From NCBI GenBank assembly GCA_965223705.1, contig OZ245015.1:2016001-2080000 (forward strand): DNA of 64,000 bases. Direction: 5' to 3'. Each line of letters begins with the position of its first letter. Positions within the stretch are counted from its first letter, which is position 1. Made by a program: the position numbers and the translations under genes. The DNA is from Myxococcota bacterium. GTDB taxonomy: Bacteria; Myxococcota_A; UBA9160; UBA6930. Below the pieces are notes generated by a model, which searched no databases, was not told where the DNA came from, and worked only from the letters and a program-made list of their open reading frames with translations. Below are positions 9,716-16,624 of this stretch, one piece after another.

Positions 9716-10738
9716 ATGATCCTTGGTATCTCGGGACCGAACGCGGCGGGCAAGGGCGAGGCGATTTCGTTCCTGCGCGCGCGCAGCTTCGAAGTGCATT
9801 CGTTGTCCGACGTGCTGCGGGACGAACTCGTTCGCCGCGGTGAAACCGAAAGCCGAGAACGGATGATTGCTCTCGGTCGCGAGTTGCGGCGCGAAGGTGG
9901 CCCGGGAGTCCTGGCCGAGCGCATTGCTTCGAAGCTCCATCCCGAGCGCAATCACGCGATCGATTCGATCCGGCACCCGGTCGAGGTCGACGTCCTGCGC
10001 GCACTCCATCCGAGCTTTCGTCTCATCTGGATCGACGCGCCCCTCGAACAACGCTTCCAACGCATCCGCGACCGCGACCGACCGGGCGACCCCGAGAGTC
10101 TCGCGGAACTGCAACGACTCGAAGGCGCCGAACTCGGAAGCGAGGACCCCGCGGCGCAGCAGCTCCTCGCCGTTCGCGACTGCGCCGACGAACGGATCGA
10201 AAACCGGAGCGATCTCGACGCGCTCTACACATCGCTGCAGGCCGTCCTAAAAAAAGGGCTCTACTTTGAGAGGCCCGGCTGGGATGCCTACTTCATGGAC
10301 ATCGCCCGCGTCGTCGCGTCCCGGTCGAACTGCGTGAAACGCAAGGTCGCCGCGGTGATCACGCTCGACCGGCGCATTATCGCGACGGGCTACAACGGCA
10401 CGCCCCGGGGCGTCCGCAACTGCAACGAGGGCGGCTGCCCGCGCTGTAACAGCTTCGCACCGGGTGGGACCCAGCTGGGCGAGTGTCTGTGCTCCCACGG
10501 CGAAGAGAACGCCATCGTCCAGGCCGCCTACCACGGCGTTTCCGTAAAAGGGGCGACCCTCTACACGACGTGTTGCCCATGCCTGCTCTGCACGAAAATG
10601 GTCATCAACGCCGGCATTTCCGAGGTCGTCTACAACGCGGATTACCCGCTGGGGGATCTATCCCTCGAACTTCTGGAAGCTTCGGGTGTGAAGGTGCGGC
10701 AGTACACGAGCGCGGCCGCCGAGCCCCCGCCGGGATAA
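9716..10738 (+). CDS. P-loop NMP-kinase-like domain fused to dCMP deaminase
   Basis: GPNAAGKG, IDSIRHPVEV; RPGWDAYFM, RSNC, TGYNG, HGEENA, PCLLC. Confidence 0.85.
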   Translation: MILGISGPNAAGKGEAISFLRARSFEVHSLSDVLRDELVRRGETESRERMIALGRELRREGGPGVLAERIASKLHPERNHAIDSIRHPVEVDVLRALHPSFRLIWIDAPLEQRFQRIRDRDRPGDPESLAELQRLEGAELGSEDPAAQQLLAVRDCADERIENRSDLDALYTSLQAVLKKGLYFERPGWDAYFMDIARVVASRSNCVKRKVAAVITLDRRIIATGYNGTPRGVRNCNEGGCPRCNSFAPGGTQLGECLCSHGEENAIVQAAYHGVSVKGATLYTTCCPCLLCTKMVINAGISEVVYNADYPLGDLSLELLEASGVKVRQYTSAAAEPPPG

Positions 10739-10744
10739 CAGCGG

Positions 10745-10773
10745 TTGACCCCGCCCGGGGGCCTTGATAGACA
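10745..10773 (+). promoter_or_regulatory. Candidate sigma70 promoter
   Basis: TTGACC-17 bp-TAGACA with TG of an extended -10. Confidence 0.45.
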
Positions 10774-10865
10774 ATCCCTTTCTCGAGCGCGGGGCAGCCC
10801 GCGGAGCGCCCCCTGACACGCGCGCGGGAGTCCCAGGAATGCTCGTCCGACGAGTTGCGAAAGAC

Positions 10866-11537
10866 ATGCGGATCTTGGCCTCGTTCTTGGCCCTGTTCGT
10901 CCTGGCGGCAGGTCAGGCAGCGGCCCAGAACCGGGTGCGCGTCGCTGTCCTCCCGATCCGCGTAAACGCCGCGACGGACGCCGCCTATCTTCAGGAAGGG
11001 CTTGCCGATATGTTGGCCGCCCGGCTGGGCCAACACGACGGCGTCGCGGTGATCCCGGTCCGCGATGGCGACGCCGCGACGTCCGACACCGATCGCGCGC
11101 GCGAACTCGCTCGGGGGTACTCCGCCGACTTCGTTCTCTTCGGCTCCTTCACGAGGTTCGGCGCGGGGGCGAGCCTCGACGTCAAGTGTCTGCCGGTGCG
11201 CTCGAACGACGAGACCGATCCGCGCTCCGTCTTTATCCAAGCGGGCGAGCTCGGCGAGATCATTCCGCAGCTCGACGGCCTGGTCGGGCGCGTCGCCCGC
11301 TACATCGGGTCCGGTCCGAAAGCGACTCTCGAGGACCCGGGAGATCAAGCGGCCCGGGCACGCGGTCTGCGCGACGCGCTATCCCAGATCGATCAACTCA
11401 ACGAGCGCGTCAGGCGTCTCGAAGCCTCGAGTGGGGCCGATTCCGGAAACAGCGCTGGCGTGGATCCCTTCGGCGACGACACGAGTGGTTCTTTCGACAG
11501 CGTCTTCGAAGGGAACGAAGCCGGCGGAGACGGCTGA
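10866..11537 (+). CDS. Secreted protein with TolB-N/CsgG-like domain and coiled/acidic tail
   Basis: Signal peptide (AAA-Q), VAVLP...LQEGLADMLAARL...ADFVLFGSFTRFG...SLD. Confidence 0.6.
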   Translation: MRILASFLALFVLAAGQAAAQNRVRVAVLPIRVNAATDAAYLQEGLADMLAARLGQHDGVAVIPVRDGDAATSDTDRARELARGYSADFVLFGSFTRFGAGASLDVKCLPVRSNDETDPRSVFIQAGELGEIIPQLDGLVGRVARYIGSGPKATLEDPGDQAARARGLRDALSQIDQLNERVRRLEASSGADSGNSAGVDPFGDDTSGSFDSVFEGNEAGGDG

Positions 11538-11567
11538 GCGCTTCCGCTACCGTTCCCAACGCATCCC

Positions 11568-11644
11568 GGCGATGTAGCTCAGCTGGTTAGAGCAGCGGAT
11601 TCATAGCCCGCAGGTCGGTGGTTCGAGTCCACCCATCGCCACCA
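11568..11644 (+). tRNA. tRNA-Met (CAT), elongator type
   Basis: Acceptor GGCGATG/CATCGCC, D arm GCTC...GAGC, anticodon CAT, T loop TTCGAGT, encoded CCA. Confidence 0.9.
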
Positions 11645-11691
11645 ACGAATTCGACTCAGAGACGCGTCGGGAATCGACGTCGACGGCAGCC

Positions 11692-12006
11692 TCAGTAGAG
11701 CCGTACCGCGAACATCCGGTCGCCGCGATCGAGAACCGCCCAAACCGCGTCACGCTGGGTTCGGATACGCAGCGGTGTTTCACGCAGTGTCCGCGTGTCG
11801 TATCCGATCAGTGTCACTTCGCCTCGCTGACTCGTGACGACCCGGAAGGGTCCGCTGACCCCGTGCTCTTCGAACGTTTCGGGGTCGACGAAGGACACCG
11901 ACAGCTGCGAAATCATCTGCGCAATCGGGGGCTCTGCTCGCGCCGATGCGCACGCGAGGAGGGTGGCAGCGAAGATCGGTATGATCTGTGCGATCTTGCG
12001 AATCAT
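11692..12006 (-). CDS. Hypothetical small secreted protein
   Basis: Signal-peptide-like N-terminus (ARA-E); fills the gap after the tRNA. Confidence 0.5.
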   Translation of the reverse strand: MIRKIAQIIPIFAATLLACASARAEPPIAQMISQLSVSFVDPETFEEHGVSGPFRVVTSQRGEVTLIGYDTRTLRETPLRIRTQRDAVWAVLDRGDRMFAVRLY

Positions 12007-12057
12007 GGGGGCGCCATCGACGGCACACGTCGGCGCCTTGAGAATGGGGGCGCGGCT

Positions 12058-12498
12058 GTGAGGAATCTCGTTCTGGTCTTGACGGCGCTCGTCGGCGCGT
12101 CGCTACTCGGAGCGCCGAGCGCGACCGCCACCGGTGAAGGCGCCACACCGGCGCCCGCGGAAGCCCGGGCCTACATCGTCTCGCCCCGTCACGGTGAAGT
12201 GGTGACCAGTCCCGTCAAGGTTGTCTTCGGGCTTACGGGCATGGGCGTTGCGCCGGCGGGAGTCGTCCTCGAACGCACCGGGCACCACCATTTGCTGATC
12301 GACGTCGAAGAACTTCCTCCCCTCGACCGACCCCTACCCGCCGACGCAAACCATGTGCACTTCGGCGGGGGGCAGACGGAGACCACGATCGAGCTTCCAC
12401 CCGGGGAGCACCGTCTGCAACTGCTCCTGGGCGATGCGGTGCATCGACCTCACGAGCCCCCCGTTTTGTCGGAACCGATCGTCATTCACGTCCGCTAG
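12058..12498 (+). CDS. DUF4399 domain secreted protein
   Basis: FGLTGMGVAPAG, TGHHHLLID, HFGGGQTET, LPPGEHRLQL. Confidence 0.85.
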   Translation: MRNLVLVLTALVGASLLGAPSATATGEGATPAPAEARAYIVSPRHGEVVTSPVKVVFGLTGMGVAPAGVVLERTGHHHLLIDVEELPPLDRPLPADANHVHFGGGQTETTIELPPGEHRLQLLLGDAVHRPHEPPVLSEPIVIHVR

Positions 12499-12636
12499 CC
12501 GGGGCTGCGCAACACGGCCGCATCTGCGTCCGTTCCGCAAGCGATCCGCAAACATCGCGACACCTCGAGTGCCCTGCGCGGCACACACGCCCGAGGTCTC
12601 TCCGCAAGCTGCGGGGGACCCGGTACGAGGTAGGCC

Positions 12637-13461
12637 GTGGCCAACCAACGCACGTTCAAGATCTTCGCGCTGCTCGTCGCCGCGCTCTTGCTCGCGGCTC
12701 TCGCCACGGGCTGCAGCTCTCTGCCGACGGTGCTCAAGCGCGGTCCCGTGACCCAGTCGCCGAATCCGTCACCGAATTGGCCGCCGGCCACTCCGCAGAC
12801 GGTGACCGTGCCTTCGAAGACACCCGAAAGTGTCGAAGCCACCGCGACCGCTGAGAAGCCCGAGCCGCCGCCTCCGGTCGCGAAGACGCCGCAGAAGAGC
12901 CAGGAAACGCGCACTCCGCGCTCCGCTCGCGCGGAGAAACAGCGCTACGTCCTGCAGCCTCAAGACCGGATCGCCGTAGTCTTTCCCTACGCACCTTCTC
13001 TCGATCAGGAGATCGTGATCCAGCCCGATGGCATGATCGCGCTTCCGTGGCTCCCTCCGCTGCGAGCCGCAGGTGAAACGCCGTCGTCTCTCGAAAGTTC
13101 TCTGCGCGCTTCGCTTGCGCGCGTGATGCACAACCCGCGACCGCGGGTCGTGGTCCGGTCCCTCGGTCCGCGCTTCGTCACGGTGCTGGGCGCCGTGGCG
13201 CGACCCGGTCTCGTCGACCTGCGCGCAGCCGCAGATACGGGCTACGCCGTCGAAGCGGCCGGAGGGGTCCGCGAAGGTGCCGACCGCGACCGGGTCCTCC
13301 GCATTCGGCCGGGCAGCGGACCGGGAGCGGCTCTCCAAACGACGTCGCTCGCCCCCGGAAGCCAGCCGCTGGCCCTGCGCCACAACGACGTGGTCTACGT
13401 GCCCTCGAGACTCGAGTCGTCCATACGACGCAAGAACCGCTTCGGCCGGGACGGGGGCTAA
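12637..13461 (+). CDS. wza: Polysaccharide export lipoprotein (Wza/OPX family)
   Basis: Lipobox ATGC, YVLQPQDRI, IQPDGMIALP, VLGAVARPG, SLBB-like tail. Confidence 0.75.
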   Translation: MANQRTFKIFALLVAALLLAALATGCSSLPTVLKRGPVTQSPNPSPNWPPATPQTVTVPSKTPESVEATATAEKPEPPPPVAKTPQKSQETRTPRSARAEKQRYVLQPQDRIAVVFPYAPSLDQEIVIQPDGMIALPWLPPLRAAGETPSSLESSLRASLARVMHNPRPRVVVRSLGPRFVTVLGAVARPGLVDLRAAADTGYAVEAAGGVREGADRDRVLRIRPGSGPGAALQTTSLAPGSQPLALRHNDVVYVPSRLESSIRRKNRFGRDGG

Positions 13462-13495
13462 CGATGTTCGAATTTCGCCAACGAGGTGGCCTGTC

Positions 13496-14695
13496 ATGAC
13501 CTTGCGAGATGCCCTCCACGCAATCTTCCGACGCCGATTGTTGATCGCCATCGTGCCCGTCGTAGCCGTACTGCTCGCTTGGGCGGTGATGCTCGCGCAG
13601 CCGACGCGCTACGAGTCGCACGCGCGTTTCATGGTTCTGCCGTGGCCGACAACGGCGATGGACACGGCCTTCGCGGCGGCCACCGGACAGCGCGAGCGAG
13701 CCGACGCCCGCGACCTCGAAACCGAGGTGCGACTGCTCGAGGGCTATCGACTTCCGGCGGAAAAGATCGGAACCCTGTCCGACGTCATTCACCAGGCGCG
13801 CGTCGAGCGCGGGGGTCTCTCCCGGGCTCTCGCGGGTGACACGGCCGACTTCGAAGAACTGAGCGAGCGCTGGAGCTCCATCACGCGCTTCGAGCGGATC
13901 CCGGGCACCGACCTCATCGAAGCGCGCTTCCGTTGGGAAGAGCCCTACGTGGCCCTCTCGGTCGCCGAAAGCTTCGTCGATTCGTATCTCGACCATCGCG
14001 CGGGGATCGCGCAACCCGCCGCAACTCCGCTTGCCGTACCCGCCATCGCGCAGGAGCGAGCCGCGGGATTCACGTGGGACGACGAGCTGCACGCCATCGA
14101 CGCCGAGCTCGCCGGGCTCAAGCTGAAGCGTGAGCACGTCGACGCCCAGGCGCGTCAGGGCGGTTGGATCGATACGCCGGATCTGGGAGACGGGGCGAAC
14201 GACCTGACCCGTCTCGACGGGCTCTACTACGAGCTTCGCGCCGAGCGCGATCGGCTCGCGCAGCTCTACAAGAGCGACGCCCGCGCCGTCGTCGAGATGG
14301 ACGCGCGCCTGGCCAGCCTTCGCCGACAGAAACTCGCGAGCGTTCGCTCGATCCTGGGCCTGCGGAACAAGGCCTTGGCGGACGGCAGGGAGCGCATCGT
14401 CGAGCGCCGCGAGCAGTGGGCCGCGACGAGCGCCGGACTTCCGGCGGTGTCTTCCGGCGCCGCTTCGAGCTTGCCGCCGATCTCGTTGGTCGTGCGTCCG
14501 ACAGTGCCGGAGAAGCCGGCCCCGCGCGTGCGCGTGCTGACACTGTTCTGGACTGCGCTCGCCGCGCTCGCCGCGGCGGTGGCCGCCGCGCTGTTGATGC
14601 ACCGCTTCGATCAAAAACTGACGCGCGCGGAAGACTTGGAGGACGCCGCAGGGGTCCCCGTACTCGCGACGATTCCGATGCGGAAAGGGGTCTGA
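13496..14695 (+). CDS. Polysaccharide chain-length determinant (Wzz/Wzc-N/GumC-like)
   Basis: Two terminal TM helices, PTRYESHA, coiled-coil centre, PTVPEKP, DLEDAAGVPVLATIP. Confidence 0.75.
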   Translation: MTLRDALHAIFRRRLLIAIVPVVAVLLAWAVMLAQPTRYESHARFMVLPWPTTAMDTAFAAATGQRERADARDLETEVRLLEGYRLPAEKIGTLSDVIHQARVERGGLSRALAGDTADFEELSERWSSITRFERIPGTDLIEARFRWEEPYVALSVAESFVDSYLDHRAGIAQPAATPLAVPAIAQERAAGFTWDDELHAIDAELAGLKLKREHVDAQARQGGWIDTPDLGDGANDLTRLDGLYYELRAERDRLAQLYKSDARAVVEMDARLASLRRQKLASVRSILGLRNKALADGRERIVERREQWAATSAGLPAVSSGAASSLPPISLVVRPTVPEKPAPRVRVLTLFWTALAALAAAVAAALLMHRFDQKLTRAEDLEDAAGVPVLATIPMRKGV

Positions 14696-14698
14696 GCC

Positions 14699-15382
14699 AT
14701 GGCCGAACTCTCCCGAAAATCAACGTCCGTTGTCGCGTCGCGGCGCGGTAACGCAGAGACCAGTGCCGATTGGGACGCCGAATGGAAGCGCCTCACGGCG
14801 CGCGTGATCCCGGCGATCGAAGCCGGCAACCGCATCATCGCGGTCACCGCCGGGCAATCCGGAGCCGGCGTATCCACCGTGACGTATCAGCTGGCGCGGC
14901 GCTTGGTGGTCCAGGGCCGCAAGCGCGTCGTCATCGTCGACGCCAACCTGCGGTCGCCGAGCTTGCACCGTTTCCTCGGTGGAACGCGCAGCCCCGGTTT
15001 GGTGGAATTTCTCAAGGGCGATCTCCACTTCACGCAGATCTCGCAGCGCTTGCCCCGGCTGCATTTCATCGCGGCAGGACGCGGCGGAGGCGATCCCGTG
15101 CACTTGCTCGAGTCTCCGCGCTTCGCCGAGGGACTCGAAGCGCTGGCCAAGGACTTCGACGTCGTGCTCATCGACATGCCCGGCATCATCGCGCACCCGG
15201 AGACCGAGGCGATGCTTCGCCACGCGGACGGCTGCGTGCTGGTCGCGGAAGCGGATCGCGCTCGCGCCCCGGCGGTTCGGGCGGTTGCCGACCGGATCCG
15301 CGACGCGGGCGTCACGTTGATCGGCGCCGTGCTGAACAAGCGCACGTATCCGATCCCGGAACGCCTCTACCGCATGCTGTAG
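14699..15382 (+). CDS. CpsD/CapB-family BY-kinase-like protein (degenerate Walker A)
   Basis: VTAGQSGAGVST, VIVDANLRSPSLH, FDVVLIDMP, GAVLNK. Confidence 0.8.
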   Translation: MAELSRKSTSVVASRRGNAETSADWDAEWKRLTARVIPAIEAGNRIIAVTAGQSGAGVSTVTYQLARRLVVQGRKRVVIVDANLRSPSLHRFLGGTRSPGLVEFLKGDLHFTQISQRLPRLHFIAAGRGGGDPVHLLESPRFAEGLEALAKDFDVVLIDMPGIIAHPETEAMLRHADGCVLVAEADRARAPAVRAVADRIRDAGVTLIGAVLNKRTYPIPERLYRML

Positions 15383-15439
15383 AGCGCGAGTGCCGCGCTG
15401 AATCTGCTATACGAGGGTCCATCGCAAGGAGGACCCATC

Positions 15440-16624
15440 ATGCGTTCAGTCGTCGTCGCCGGTGCCTACATGACTCCCTTTGGGAAGTTCCTCGACCGCA
15501 ACATCCGGTCTCTGGCGACGGAAGCGGCGCAGGGCGCGGTTTCGGACGCCGGTCTTTCGCCGGCCGATGTCGAGATGGTCGCTTTTGGAAACGCCGCCGC
15601 CGGCGTCTTGACCGGTCAGGAGATGATCCGCGCGCAGCTCGCCCTCGCGGGTTCCGGCATCGAAGGCGTGCCGATGCTCAACGTCGAGAACGCCTGCGCC
15701 TCAGCGTCGAGTGCGTTCCATCTGGCCTGGTTGTCGATCGCGGCCGATCAGTGTGAAGTCGCGCTGGCGATCGGCGCCGAAAAGATGACTCACGAAGATA
15801 AAAAGCGGGCCTTCGTCGCCCTCGCTCGAGCGGTCGATGTGGAAGAGCTCGTGCGGGAGCAAGGAGAGCAGGTGCTCACCGAAGGCGCGGGTTCGCTGTT
15901 CATGGACATCTACGCCAAGGAGGCGAAGACGTACATGGAGCGCAGCGGCGCGACGCAGCGCGATTTCGCGATCGCCGCGTCGAAGACCCACTTCCACGGC
16001 AGCCTCAACCCGAAATCGCAATATCGTCAAGCGCGGACGGTCGAGGAAGTTCTCGAGAGTCGGCCCATCGCCGGCCCGTTGACGCTGCTCATGTGTTCAC
16101 CGATCGGCGACGGATCGGCCGGATTGGTGCTCTGTTCGGAAGACTACGCGCGCAAGAAGGGCCTACCGTTCGTCCGCGTTCTGGCATCGACGCTCCAGTC
16201 GGGTGTGCGCGACGGGGAGGGCGATGTCGTGCGCCGCGCCGCCGACAAGGCCTACGCCACGGCCGGCATCGACCCGTCCGACATCGACGTGATCGAGCTT
16301 CACGACGCCGCGAGTCCGGCGGAGTTCGCGATCCTCGAAGATCTGCAGGTCGCCGGCGGCGCCGAAGACGTCGTGCGTTTCATCTCGACGGGAGAGACGC
16401 GGTTGGGCGGTCGGCTCCCCGTCAATACGAGCGGTGGTCTGGTCAGCAAGGGGCATCCCATCGGCGCGACCGGATGTGCGCAGTTGGTCGAGCTCGTCGA
16501 GCAATTGCGAGGCCGGGCCGAAGGACGGCAGGTCGATGGGGCGCGGATTGCTGTCGCTGAAAACGCCGGGGGCGATCTCGGCAACGGCCCGGCGGCCGCT
16601 GTCGTTACGGTCCTCGGCGCCTGA
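15440..16624 (+). CDS. Thiolase family protein (SCP-x type)
   Basis: VENACAS, MCSPIGDG, ELHDA, NTSGGLVSKGHPIGATG; GGAGG RBS. Confidence 0.9.
   Translation: MRSVVVAGAYMTPFGKFLDRNIRSLATEAAQGAVSDAGLSPADVEMVAFGNAAAGVLTGQEMIRAQLALAGSGIEGVPMLNVENACASASSAFHLAWLSIAADQCEVALAIGAEKMTHEDKKRAFVALARAVDVEELVREQGEQVLTEGAGSLFMDIYAKEAKTYMERSGATQRDFAIAASKTHFHGSLNPKSQYRQARTVEEVLESRPIAGPLTLLMCSPIGDGSAGLVLCSEDYARKKGLPFVRVLASTLQSGVRDGEGDVVRRAADKAYATAGIDPSDIDVIELHDAASPAEFAILEDLQVAGGAEDVVRFISTGETRLGGRLPVNTSGGLVSKGHPIGATGCAQLVELVEQLRGRAEGRQVDGARIAVAENAGGDLGNGPAAAVVTVLGA

Noticed and set aside
11568..12500. Integrated element at tRNA-Met
   Set aside because: No integrase, no duplicated tRNA 3' end noticed, no composition shift
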